Below, one piece after another: positions 1 to 9,149 of a DNA stretch of 64,000 nt. Within the stretch, counting starts at the first letter, position 1. The number at the start of each line of letters is the position of its first letter. The position numbers and the translations under genes were made by a program. A model generated the notes under the pieces. The model saw only the letters and a program-made list of their open reading frames with translations, was not told the DNA's origin and searched no databases. The DNA comes from an uncultured Verrucomicrobiae bacterium (GTDB taxonomy: Bacteria; Verrucomicrobiota; Verrucomicrobiia; Limisphaerales; Palsa-1400). The stretch lies in NCBI GenBank assembly GCA_963707025.1, contig CAVPOM010000018.1, positions 12,507 to 76,506 on the forward strand, in the 5' to 3' direction.

Positions 1-496
1 CCCACAGGGCGACGGGGAACCAGCGGAGTTTGATGGCGAAGAACATGATGAGGATGGGGCCGATCACCAGCCCGGGCACGCAGATCACCACCAACGCCCC
101 CAGGCTGCCGGCATAATCCTGCCAGCGCCCCCGCCGCGCCGCGGTGTAAAAACCCAGCGGAATCCCCGTGCCCAGCGCGAAGCAAAACGCCGCCGCTCCC
201 AACGTCAGCGAGACCGGCAAACCCTGCCCGATGATGTCGCTGACCGAATGATTCCGGTACTTGAGGGACGGCCCGAAATCGCCGTGCAGCAGGCCGGCGA
301 GGTAGCGGAGGTATTGCTGCCAGAGCGGTTCGTCCAGGTGGTATTGAGCGCGCAGGTTGCGTTCAATTTCCGGCGAGGCCGGTTTGCGTTCGCGATCAAA
401 CGGCCCGCCCGGCACGGCGCGCACCAAGGCGAAGGCGAGGAAGCTGATGACCAGCAGCAACGGAACCAGGAAGAGAATTCGCTTCAGGAAAAACAT
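1..496 (-). CDS. ABC transporter permease, oligopeptide/dipeptide (OppB/DppB-like) family; N-terminal part, gene runs off the left edge
   Basis: Own translation of the minus strand from ATG at 496-494 gives MFFLKRILFLVPLLLVISFLAFALVRAVPGGPFDRERKPASPEIERNLRAQYHLDEPLWQQYLRYLAGLLHGDFGPSLKY... This is the conserved N-terminus of peptide-type binding-protein-dependent permeases. The frame stays open to position 1, so it is absent from the ORF track. Confidence 0.8.
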   Translation of the reverse strand, partial: MFFLKRILFLVPLLLVISFLAFALVRAVPGGPFDRERKPASPEIERNLRAQYHLDEPLWQQYLRYLAGLLHGDFGPSLKYRNHSVSDIIGQGLPVSLTLGAAAFCFALGTGIPLGFYTAARRGRWQDYAGSLGALVVICVPGLVIGPILIMFFAIKLRWFPVALW

Positions 497-638
497 TTTC
501 CGGGAAGTGGTCTGTATCAATAACCATCCAACTCTTTCATTCGTTTTTCAAGCGTCTGCGCCATGACGCCAATATCGTAGTTGGCTGTCCTGCTGACTTC
601 CACAAGGAAACTCAGGCCGTTCCTCTTTCGGTGTTGGG

Positions 639-974
639 TTAAGTTGGGATATGGACCTTCGGCGCGCTTCCGGTCCGGCCGGAGCGGGCCTCAAGCCATC
701 GCCCAAAGGATTTCGCGCCTTCGCCCGAGGCCCTGCCAGCCAGGATGTTCCCGACACTGACATCCTCGTCCAAATCAGGCCAATGAATTCCTTCACCCTC
801 GCCGATAAACCTGTGGTTGGCGCGCTCCTCCGGGGAACCCTGCAACAATCGGGGATACCACGCCAGCGGCACAGAAACGGTGCGGCCATCGGCCAAATCA
901 ACCACCAGAGTGTCCTCAGTCACCCGGACTGCCCTCGCTCGGCTGGCGGCGCTGTCAATCACCAAAGTAGTCAT
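639..974 (-). CDS. DUF2442 domain protein
   Basis: 111-aa ORF. The stretch AVRVTEDTLVVDLADGRTVSVPLAWYPRLLQGSPEERANHRFIGEGEGIHWPDLDEDVSV matches the DUF2442 pattern. It overlaps the upstream DUF4160 gene by 20 nt. Confidence 0.7.
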   Translation of the reverse strand: MTTLVIDSAASRARAVRVTEDTLVVDLADGRTVSVPLAWYPRLLQGSPEERANHRFIGEGEGIHWPDLDEDVSVGNILAGRASGEGAKSFGRWLEARSGRTGSAPKVHIPT

Positions 975-1191
975 GCCATTTTTCCAAGAGTACCACCTGA
1001 TGCTCTGAAATCAACCTGTAAATGTCCACCAGTTCACCCCGGCTGAAACCGCTGCTGGACTCCAACGCCACGGGTTCGAGCCAGTATTTTGCCTTGCTTC
1101 TGTCGCGTTCGACATGCACATGGGGCGGCTCATGGCGGTCTCCGGCGTAGAAGAAGGCGCGATATGGACCTAAACGCAGAACGGTCGGCAT
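955..1191 (-). CDS. DUF4160 domain protein
   Basis: Internal ATG at 1191 of ORF 955..1350 gives MPTVLRLGPYRAFFYAGDRHEPPHVHVERDRSKAKYWLEP..., the typical DUF4160 N-terminus. The upstream part of that ORF is Arg-rich and looks non-coding. Confidence 0.7.
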   Translation of the reverse strand: MPTVLRLGPYRAFFYAGDRHEPPHVHVERDRSKAKYWLEPVALESSSGFSRGELVDIYRLISEHQVVLLEKWHDYFGD

Positions 1192-1241
1192 GAGCAAATC
1201 TGGCCGGTTTTTCCGCGGGTTCCAAGCAATCTTCGCCGGCG

Positions 1242-2444
1242 TCAGGTTCGGAAGAGGACGTCTTCGCGTTTGAAGAGGGCGACGGCCACGGCCACGGCCA
1301 CGGCGGCATAAAGACACATGGAAAGGAAAACCACGGCGATGTAGTTCCAATGAAACAGGCCCGACATGATCTCGCGTCCGGCCAGACTGACGTTCAACAC
1401 CGGCACCAAGGCCAGCCCATAATTGAGTTCCACGCCGGGCAGGGCGGCCACCGCCGCCGGCATGACGGTGAGAATCAGCAGCGGCTGGAGATAAGAGTTG
1501 GCCTCCTTGGCGCTGCGCGAATACAAGCCGATGGCCAGCATGGCGCCGGAAAAGAAAATGGCCAGGGGCAGCAACATCACCATCACGGCCAGCAGCGCGG
1601 AGGGATCAATGGTCAGCGGCAACGGATTGCCCTTGGCAGCGTCGCCCACCACTTTCTTGACCATCACCAGGGCCGCGCCGTTGGAAGCCAGGGAGAGGCA
1701 GGCGGTGGCCAGCGACACGGTCAGCACCACCAGTCCCTTCCCCAATACCAGGTGCGTGCGCGCCACCGGACTGCACAACAGGGTTTCCATCGTCCCCCGC
1801 TCCTTCTCGCCGGCCGTCAAATCTATCGAAGGATAAATCGCCCCGGTCATGCACATGACAATCACCAGGTAGGGCAGAATCATCCCGATGAGGTTGCCGC
1901 CGACTTTGCTGGGCGAGGCGACGTTGGTCTTTCGGATGTCAAAAGGCGTGAGCAGTTTTTCCGGCAACTGGTGTTCGGCCAGCCGGTCGCGGACGATGTG
2001 GTCGCGCCGCGATCGGAAAAACTGATCCAGCGACTGCCAGGCAATCATGGATTTGAATTCTCCTTCGTAAGTGTAAATCGTGACGGCCGTGGTCTCGCCC
2101 GCCTGGATGGCGGCATCAAAGTTTGTGGGAAGGTCCACGGCGGCATTGATTTTCTTGTCGGAAATGAGGTTGGTGAAATCCGGGCTGGGGGGCACGAAGG
2201 AGAAGGCGTTGGTGGCGCGCAAGGCGGCCATGGTCCTGGGGGAAGCCTCGCCGCCCAGGACCATCACCTTGGGAATTTCCTGGCGCACCTTCCCGCCGAG
2301 TTTGACCGCGGCCATAATCATGCCGGTCATGAGCAGCGGCATCACCAGCACGGGCATGACGATCATGGAAATAATGGTGCGCCGGTCGCGCAGCAAATCG
2401 CGCAGTTCCTTGCGATAGACCAGGCTGATATTGCGGCGGCTCAC
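1242..2444 (-). CDS. ABC-2 type transporter permease (NatB-like)
   Basis: Large polytopic membrane protein with a large extracytoplasmic loop after TM1. A GTG start at 2444 overlaps the TGA stop of the upstream ATPase gene (GTGA). The ORF-track N-terminal extension is Arg/Gly-rich and non-coding-like. Confidence 0.75.
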   Translation of the reverse strand: MSRRNISLVYRKELRDLLRDRRTIISMIVMPVLVMPLLMTGMIMAAVKLGGKVRQEIPKVMVLGGEASPRTMAALRATNAFSFVPPSPDFTNLISDKKINAAVDLPTNFDAAIQAGETTAVTIYTYEGEFKSMIAWQSLDQFFRSRRDHIVRDRLAEHQLPEKLLTPFDIRKTNVASPSKVGGNLIGMILPYLVIVMCMTGAIYPSIDLTAGEKERGTMETLLCSPVARTHLVLGKGLVVLTVSLATACLSLASNGAALVMVKKVVGDAAKGNPLPLTIDPSALLAVMVMLLPLAIFFSGAMLAIGLYSRSAKEANSYLQPLLILTVMPAAVAALPGVELNYGLALVPVLNVSLAGREIMSGLFHWNYIAVVFLSMCLYAAVAVAVAVALFKREDVLFRT

Positions 2445-3178
2445 GGCGTTGCCTCCACCACGCGGACGAAAATGTCCTCCAGGTCCTGGCAGGCAAAGCG
2501 CTCGCGCAACTGCCCCAGGCTGCCTTCCGCCATGATCCGCCCGTGATGAATGATGGCGATGGTGTCGCACAGTTTCTCCATCTCGCTCATGACATGGGTG
2601 GAGAAAATCACCGTCTTGCCCCGGGCGCGGCATTCGCGGATGAAAGAAACCACGGCGCGGGCGGCCAGCACATCCAGCCCGTGCGTCGGCTCGTCGAAAA
2701 TCATGACGGGCGGGTCGTGGATGAGGGTGCGGGCGATGGACACCTTTTGTTTCATGCCGCTGGAAAGTTTGTCGCAGCGGCCGTCGCGGAATTCATTCAT
2801 GTCCAGCGCGGTGAAAAGAGCCTGGAGGCGCGGGCGCAAAACGTCCTCGGCCAGCCCGTGCAGGCGGCCAAAGTATTCCACCAATTCCCGCGCGGTGAGC
2901 CGTCCGTAGAGGGCCGTGCCGGTGGAGAGAAAACCGATGTGGGCGCGGACTTTCTCCGGCTGCGTCACCACTTCATAGCCGGCGACGGTGGCAGCGCCGG
3001 AACTGGGCTGAAGAATGGTGGCCAGCAGGCGCAGGCAGGTGGTCTTGCCCGCGCCGTTGCCGCCGAGCAACCCAAAAATCCGCCCCGGCTGGCAACGAAA
3101 GCTCACCTGGTCCACGGCGCGGATTTCTCCGCGCTTTTTATCGCGGAAAACCTTGGTCAGTTGCCGGGCTTCGATCAT
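2441..3178 (-). CDS. ABC transporter ATP-binding protein (NatA-like, ABC-2 exporter type)
   Basis: MIEARQLTKVF... with Walker A GGNGAGKTT, signature LSSGMKQK and Walker B VMIFDEPTHGLD. The ATG at 3178 overlaps the regulator stop (ATGA). Confidence 0.85.
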   Translation of the reverse strand: MIEARQLTKVFRDKKRGEIRAVDQVSFRCQPGRIFGLLGGNGAGKTTCLRLLATILQPSSGAATVAGYEVVTQPEKVRAHIGFLSTGTALYGRLTARELVEYFGRLHGLAEDVLRPRLQALFTALDMNEFRDGRCDKLSSGMKQKVSIARTLIHDPPVMIFDEPTHGLDVLAARAVVSFIRECRARGKTVIFSTHVMSEMEKLCDTIAIIHHGRIMAEGSLGQLRERFACQDLEDIFVRVVEATP

Positions 3179-3859
3179 GGCGTCGTCTCGAAACGATAAC
3201 CGATGTCCCGGATGGTCTGAATAAAAATCGGATGATGCGGGTCCGCTTCCAGCTTGGCGCGCAAGGTGGTGACGCAGCGGTCCACGCTGCGGTCGGTGAC
3301 CACCACCTCCTGGCCCCAGAACGGCGTCGAGGATGCCGTCGCGCGTGAGGGCGCGGCCGGCCCGCCTGAGGAAGAATTCCAGCAGCCGGAATTCCTTGGC
3401 GGTGAGGACGATCTCCGCGCCCTCGCGAAATAATTTGTGGGCGGCGACATCGAGGCGGAAGGGGCCAAAATCATATTCGGCTGAGGCCGCGCCCTGGCGG
3501 CGCAGGAAGGCTTGGACGCGGGCGATCAGCTCGCGAATGCTGAACGGCTTGGTCACATAATCATCCGCCCCCAGTTCCAGGCCGCGCACGATGTCCTCCT
3601 CCTGTCCCTTGGCGGTGAGCATGATGATGGGCATGTCCAGTTGGCGGGCGCGGGCGGCGCGGCAAATCTCGTAGCCATTGACCCTGGGCAGCATGAGGTC
3701 CAGCAGCACCAAATCGGGCGGGTCGGCCAGGAGGGTGTCCAGCCCTTTTTGCCCGTTGTTGGCCAGGCGGACGAGGTAGCCTTGCGTTTCAAAATTGTCC
3801 TTCAACCCGCGCAACAGGGCGGGGTCGTCTTCAATAATCAAAATGGATTGCGGATTCAT
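3175..3859 (-). pseudogene. OmpR/PhoB-family response regulator with one frame disruption (or an assembly indel)
   Basis: The receiver domain MNPQSILIIEDDPALLRGL...LLDLMLPRVNGYE...TKPFS and the start of the winged helix are in one frame. The C-terminus WGQEVVVTDRSVDRCVTTLRAKLEADPHHPIFIQTIRDIGYRFETTP is in another frame (ORF 3175..3474). The switch lies near 3318-3326 (gccgttctggggccag on the minus strand). Confidence 0.8.
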
Positions 3860-3914
3860 GTTCGTAACCGTTCAGCCGCAGCGCAGGGCCTGGCGGGTGC
3901 GCCCGGCCGGGAAT

Positions 3915-3969
3915 GGCAGGGCGGGCAGTCCTCTGCCCGCCGCGGCGCGCACGGAGTGCGCGCCCTACC
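3915..3969. repeat. GC-rich REP-like double-hairpin element (family 1)
   Basis: ggcagggcgggcagtcctctgcccgccgcggcgcgcacggagtgcgcgccctacc contains hairpins GGCGGGCAG/CTGCCCGCC and GGCGCGCAC/GTGCGCGCC. It lies in the 133-nt kinase-regulator spacer. Near-identical copies occur at 7740..7796 and 27687..27775. Confidence 0.75.
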
Positions 3970-3992
3970 TCCCAAGACTGACGCAGGACCAT

Positions 3993-5939
3993 TCATTTTC
4001 CAGCCTCCTGCAAACTGTGGGACCCCGCCGCCGGAAGGGTAATGGTAAACGTGCTCCCCTGCCCCGGCCGGCTTTCCACCCGCACGCCGCCGTGGTGGGC
4101 GGTGACGATGAATTGCACAATGCTCAGGCCCAGGCCGCAGCCCGATCCGGTGCGGGACAGATGCGGGTCCACCTGGTAAAAACGTTTGAAAATGCGGCCG
4201 GTTTCGCCCTCCGGCAGGCCGATGCCGTTGTCCCGGACGGCGAAAGCGACGCCGCCGTTGCGCGCTTCCGCTGTCAAGACGATTTGTTTTTCATCGCCGG
4301 AATACTTCCAGGCGTTGTCCAGGAGATTGAGCAGGGCCGTTACCATCGCGCCGGCATCGGCCAGGACGGGCGGCAGCTCCGGCGGGGCGGCAACGGTGAA
4401 GCGGCAGCCGGGGGTGTTGAAGCGCTCGCGCACGGCAGCGGCGGCGCTGTCCACAATCTGGCGGGCCGGCACGGGGTGGAAGTCGAAGGCGTATTTGTCG
4501 CGCTCGATGCGGGAGAAGGCGAGGAAATTGTCAATGAGATGGCTGAGGCGAAGATTTTCGCGGGCGATGAGCTGGAGATATTCGCGGGCGGTTTTTTCCT
4601 CCAGCGCCGGCGAGTTCAACAGGGTGTCCACCAGCAGGCGCATGGAGGAAAGCGGGGTTTTCAACTCATGGGTGACATTGGCCACCAGGTCGTTCTTCAA
4701 CTGGGCCACCGCCATTTGCCGGCGCAATAAACCAGCGGCGAGCAACCCCAGCGCGATGATCCCGGCGACCGTCAGCACGCCCGTCCACAGCAGGGTGGCG
4801 ATGCCTGCGTCCGCCGCCAGGTCCATCGTTTTCTTGTCTTTCCAGGAAAAAGCGATTTTCCAATCCGGCATGTCCGGGCCGATCGGCCTGGAGAAGAAAG
4901 AATCCGCGGACTCGCCGGGTGCGAGAATGGTGGCTTTGATCTCCGCCGGCACGTCGCCAAGCAAAGCCATCGTCTGGTCACGCAAGCTCTTGGTATGGTA
5001 CAGCAAAAGCAGATGGCCGCGCGGGGAGGGAACTTGCCAAAGATCGGGCACTGCGGTGGGCCGCCAACCCGTCTGGGGCGGAAAGACCGGGTTTGAATCG
5101 AGATAGCGGGCAGCCAGGTCTTCGGCATCGAGCGTATGAAACTTTTCCTCATGCGGAAAGAGTTGCTCAAGCCGGCGCATCAGAAAGCGCCGCTGGGCCG
5201 CGGGCATTTCGTAACGGTCATAATCATTCAACTGCGATTGCAGCTTGTTGAAGAGCCGCTTCGCTTGCGCAGGTTCCGAGGGGACCATCAATTCCAGGGC
5301 CATCAATGCCGCATTGGGCGCGATCAGCCGGCCCTGGGCATCGGTGGCGGCGTGAAATCTTTGTTGCGTGAGCGCATTCGTCAGCGCCTCCAGGGCCGCA
5401 TTGGTTTGTCGCGCTTGCATCAGACATCGCGCCTTCGCCTGAAAAGCGCGCGCAGCCAGCGTATCGTTTGTCGTGGTCTCGCCAAAGCGGCCATAGGCGG
5501 CGGCAGCGGCGGCAGGGTCGTTTGCCTCGAGGCGTTCAGCTTCCTCCCACGCGGCGGGGAGCGATACGGGAGGCGGAGACAAGGCGGGACTCGGGTAGTG
5601 AAGCTTGCCCGCAGAATCAAGATAAATCACGGAATCAGCCCCACCGCCCAGATAAGAAAAAGAGGGCGGGAACACAGAATGAGAGTAATTATCGTCCCAG
5701 GCGTCTATGCTGTTCTTCCAAAAGCCCTCCACGCGCCCCGCGATATCAGTAAGCTGTCCCTGATAAAGATCGAGCATCTTTTGCCGCATGGCCAGCCGCT
5801 CGTTTTGCACCGCGCGGTTCATGAACCAGAGCAGGCAAACCGACGGGACGAGCACCACCAGCAACAGCAGCAGCGTCAACCCGCCGCGGCCGGGCCGGTT
5901 GACGCTGAGCGTGAAATTTCTCAGGAAATTTTTCTTCAC
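3993..5939 (-). CDS. Sensor histidine kinase with a large periplasmic domain
   Basis: N-terminal TM segment, roughly 330-aa extracytoplasmic region and a second TM segment. H-box THELKTPLSS, G1 RDNGIGLP and G2 GSGCGLGLSIV are present. The GTG start at 5939 overlaps the upstream stop (GTGA). Confidence 0.85.
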   Translation of the reverse strand: MKKNFLRNFTLSVNRPGRGGLTLLLLLVVLVPSVCLLWFMNRAVQNERLAMRQKMLDLYQGQLTDIAGRVEGFWKNSIDAWDDNYSHSVFPPSFSYLGGGADSVIYLDSAGKLHYPSPALSPPPVSLPAAWEEAERLEANDPAAAAAAYGRFGETTTNDTLAARAFQAKARCLMQARQTNAALEALTNALTQQRFHAATDAQGRLIAPNAALMALELMVPSEPAQAKRLFNKLQSQLNDYDRYEMPAAQRRFLMRRLEQLFPHEEKFHTLDAEDLAARYLDSNPVFPPQTGWRPTAVPDLWQVPSPRGHLLLLYHTKSLRDQTMALLGDVPAEIKATILAPGESADSFFSRPIGPDMPDWKIAFSWKDKKTMDLAADAGIATLLWTGVLTVAGIIALGLLAAGLLRRQMAVAQLKNDLVANVTHELKTPLSSMRLLVDTLLNSPALEEKTAREYLQLIARENLRLSHLIDNFLAFSRIERDKYAFDFHPVPARQIVDSAAAAVRERFNTPGCRFTVAAPPELPPVLADAGAMVTALLNLLDNAWKYSGDEKQIVLTAEARNGGVAFAVRDNGIGLPEGETGRIFKRFYQVDPHLSRTGSGCGLGLSIVQFIVTAHHGGVRVESRPGQGSTFTITLPAAGSHSLQEAGK

Positions 5940-7386
5940 TTCATTTTAAAGGAATCCACAACCGCGTCGAGCGCGGGACGAAAGGCCTCAAAGTCCTTCG
6001 CCGGGATCGAAAACTGGAAGGCCGCGGCATGGCTGCCGATGATGGCAGTGACGCCGTAGCCAACTTGGGGTTTCTCGCCGTCCATGTAATCCGCCAGGAC
6101 GCCCAGGGCCGGTTGTCCCGCCACGGTCCGTTCCTGCCAGCTATCGGCGCGGACTTGGAAGTTTTTATAGGTCTTGGCGGCGTCGGCCAGTTCCTTTTCG
6201 ACCAGGGCGCGGACGGAGTTGGTGGCCGATTTAGGCTCGATGACCTCCAGGCTGTTCCACTCCAGCAGGCAGGTCCCGGTCAATTCCGGGTCGAGCAGCG
6301 AGAACGGTGGTCTTGGCCTTTTCCTGCGCGGTCGAGCCGATGAGCCAGCCGGCCGGGGCGGCGAGGGAGAAGCCCGCCGGATCAACATAGTTGACAGCAT
6401 CGCTGGGATTGCGCCGGCGTGTGCCGGTCAATTCCATGATCACGCCGCCCCCCTCGATTTTGACGATTTCCCGGGGCGCGTTGGTGGCAATCCAGAAGAC
6501 CTGCCCGATGTGCAGGTCCAATCTGTAGCAGGGAAAGGTTCCCGCCGGAACGGTCACCGTTTCCGTCCCGGTCACTTCCAAGGGCAGCGGCACAATGGAC
6601 CCGCCTGCGAGGCTGGAGAAAACATTGACGGTGGACTTGTAGCCCGTGGCCAGGGGCAAACGCCGGAACAAATGGAATGCCTCTTCATTGTCATAGACCG
6701 GGCTGTCCAAAGGAATCTTGCTGACATCGTCCTTGCCGGCCAGCTTCACCTCCGCGTGATCGGGGGCATAAACGGCATCGGCCTCGCCCAGCAAGGAGTG
6801 TTTCCAAAGGCTGTGGAGCGGTTTCATGGTGTCGGCGTCCACTTCGACACGGCTGCGTTGCCCTATCATGAGGAAGCCGGTCCGCCAGATTTTTTTGCCG
6901 TTCATTTCCCCCGCATCCGCCGTCCAGGCGCCGAAGCCAATTTTGAGGCCGCCGGCCAGCTTGACGTCGAACCGCTCCTCCTCGCCGTCCGCCCACGGCG
7001 CGGGGAGAAGATCGTTGTTGCGCGCCAGGTAATCGCGCGCGCGGGCCACGAGTTCCTTTTGATCGGGATAATCCTTGATCAGCGCCTCAAAGGAGGCGGA
7101 GGCCGCGGCATAGCTTCGTTTCTTGTACTGACAGACGCCCAAACGGGTACTGGGCCTGCGCCGCCAGCGCCTGGCTGGTTTTGGCCTGCGCGATGACCTG
7201 CTGATAGAGAGCCATCGCGCCGTCCAGGTCGCCTTTGGTCTCCTCCGAATAAATGGCCATCTCCAGGGTTTCGGAAGGCGAGTCGGCCCGCGCCAGCGGG
7301 GCGGAACTGGTTAGGATTGCGAATGAAAGCAGGGACAAGATTGCTGTTGCCCGGCCCGAGAGAGAATAGTTTATTTTCATGGGCAA
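5936..7386 (-). pseudogene. Secreted TPR-containing protein, split over three frames (two frame disruptions or assembly indels)
   Basis: ORFs 7087..7386 (signal peptide plus TPR start), 6231..7142 and 5936..6400 read as one continuous protein. Join 1 is ...ALAAQAQY / LGVCQYKKRSYAAASASFEALIKDYP, at a CCC run near 7145. Join 2 is ...STAQEKAKTTV / LLDPELTGTCLLEWNSLEV, near 6300. Confidence 0.6.
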
Positions 7387-7560
7387 TAATCTAACGAGCG
7401 ATTGTTACACAATTATTACCGCCGCATCCTTTTCTTGTCCACGTTGCAATGGCTGGGCGGTCCGGGAAAGGCTTGCGACTCTTTTTTTCGATAGGCCAGC
7501 CAGTGTGGGTGGGGACTTGTTCGACGCCCACTCTTGCAGGCAGGGTGAGGTGCATTACAG

Positions 7561-7638
7561 CCGTTACACCGTTACAGTTGTTGATTATCAACGGTTTACG
7601 AAAACTGCCCCCGTTACACCCCGTTACATCCCGTTACA
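7561..7638. promoter_or_regulatory. Five CCGTTACA direct repeats plus palindrome GTTGAT-T-ATCAAC; candidate regulator-binding array
   Basis: CCGTTACA occurs at 7561, 7569, 7611, 7621 and 7631, the last three at exact 10-bp spacing. The palindrome is at 7580..7592. The array lies 175-250 bp upstream of the start of the TPR-kinase-regulator-NatAB operon (7386, minus strand). Confidence 0.35.
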
Positions 7639-7739
7639 TCCAGCTTTCCCTGCCTCATCAAACCGGTGAGATCGTTGATTATCCTACCTCAGTTCATGGT
7701 CTTATTGCTTTGGGGTACGGGGAGAAGAACATTAACTGA

Positions 7740-7796
7740 GGCAGGGCGGGCAGTCCTCCCGCCCGCCGCGGCGCGGAGCGGAGTGCGCGCCCTACC
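7740..7796. repeat. GC-rich REP-like element (family 1)
   Basis: ggcagggcgggcagtcctcccgcccgccgcggcgcggagcggagtgcgcgccctacc is a near copy of 3915..3969. It sits just downstream of the stop of gene 7826..8941. Confidence 0.75.
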
Positions 7797-7825
7797 AGCC
7801 AAGGCCGGGATGTTGCGTTGCGCGC

Positions 7826-8941
7826 TCACTTCGAGGCGTCCCGTTGCAGGACCAGCGGGATGGGCACGCCTGCCTGGGTGAAGGTGCCGTCGAGCTTGCC
7901 GTCCTTGAGTTCGCCGTCGTAGGCGGCGGCAATGCCACTCCATTCCAGATGAACTTTGGGCGCAGCGCAGGCCACGCTGCTGGCGGGAACGTGGCCCCCG
8001 CCCTGGTCCGGGCTGTCCAGCGTCGCGGTGTAAGCGTCCTCCGGCATTTTGGCGATATTAAAGACGACACGCACTTTGACGGATTGAACGGCCAGGGTTC
8101 CCCGCCAATGACCCTGCAACTCGGCCTGGCTGGTGTAGGCGTAATCGGCTTCCGACTCCGGGGCCGGCGCGTCGCCCGGTTTGGCGCGCTTGAGGGTGAG
8201 CGGAAAAGTTTTGCCGCCTTGCGTCCAAGTTCCGGCCAATTGGCTTTGATCGGCGCTGAGATCGCCCTGGAAGGCCCCGCCGATTTGGTTGAAATTCACC
8301 TTGACTGTCGGCGCGTCAAAGGAGGCCGAGGAGGCCGCCAGCGCGGTGACTCCCTGGTCCACGCTGTCCATCTCGGCGCGACAGGCGCCATCGGCATTGG
8401 CCCCGATTCTGAAGTTCAAGCGCAGGGGGATTGGCCCGGCCCGCAAAGTTCCCTGCCAGGCGCCTTGCGCGGCTGAGCCGGGCTGGTAGTCGCTTTCCGC
8501 CATCGGTTCCGGGATTTTGTCCGGGGTGGCGGTCCATTGCAGCGTCCAGGGGAGTTTGAGATTGGCTTGTTTCAAGGTCCCCGACATTTGCCGGCCCGCC
8601 GGGTCAACCTTTCCCTCGTAAGACGCGCCCAGTGAAGGCAATTCCGCCGTCACCGTCGGATAATCATAAACCAATTTGCTCACCGGAATGTCGGCGAGGC
8701 GCTGATCAATGCTGTCCAGGGTGGCATGATAGAGGCCGTTGCTTTTGCCAATTTTCAAGACCCCCCGCAAGGAGGCTTGCTGGATTTGGAGAGTGCCCTG
8801 CCAGGCGCCTTCGATGTTGGGCGCGCGCGCCGCGCGGATGGCGTGATAGATTTTGGGGGACAAGGAGGCCAGGGCGGCCACGATGAGGAGGATCGAGACC
8901 ACGAGGATGATTTTGTTCAGTTTGGCGGAGTTCATATTCAT
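7826..8941 (-). CDS. Membrane-anchored protein with three roughly 115-aa internal repeats; function unknown
   Basis: N-terminal TM segment (KIILVVSILLIVAALASL). Three modules follow, each starting G(A/H)W(Q/R)GTL and containing DS(I/V/P)DQ and (P/I)L(T/V)L(K/Q)R. Confidence 0.7.
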   Translation of the reverse strand: MNMNSAKLNKIILVVSILLIVAALASLSPKIYHAIRAARAPNIEGAWQGTLQIQQASLRGVLKIGKSNGLYHATLDSIDQRLADIPVSKLVYDYPTVTAELPSLGASYEGKVDPAGRQMSGTLKQANLKLPWTLQWTATPDKIPEPMAESDYQPGSAAQGAWQGTLRAGPIPLRLNFRIGANADGACRAEMDSVDQGVTALAASSASFDAPTVKVNFNQIGGAFQGDLSADQSQLAGTWTQGGKTFPLTLKRAKPGDAPAPESEADYAYTSQAELQGHWRGTLAVQSVKVRVVFNIAKMPEDAYTATLDSPDQGGGHVPASSVACAAPKVHLEWSGIAAAYDGELKDGKLDGTFTQAGVPIPLVLQRDASK

Positions 8942-9149
8942 TTTTGGAAGGCGCCAGGGACGATTCCCGCGTTTTCCACGAACACATTAAACCACCGGTG
9001 TTACCAGATTGTTACCGGCTTGTCCGTTTATCGTGACGGAGACCAATGTCCTCATTTGAGAAACGGCGACGACATGGGCAGGGTTTCGGGGCACGCAATT
9101 GACGCTGAATCGGCTTGAAATCTGGATGCGAAGATGTCAAAATGGTTGT

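Noticed and set aside
2441-3859. 472-aa ORF as a genuine response-regulator/ABC-ATPase fusion protein.
   Set aside because: The linker is out-of-frame translation of the winged-helix C-terminus, which is present intact in the neighbouring frame (ORF 3175..3474). A single extra base explains the fusion.
7580-7592. GTTGATTATCAAC as an FNR/CRP-type box.
   Set aside because: FNR/CRP sites have TTGAT-N4-ATCAA spacing. Here the half-sites are separated by a single base, so a different, unknown binder is more likely.
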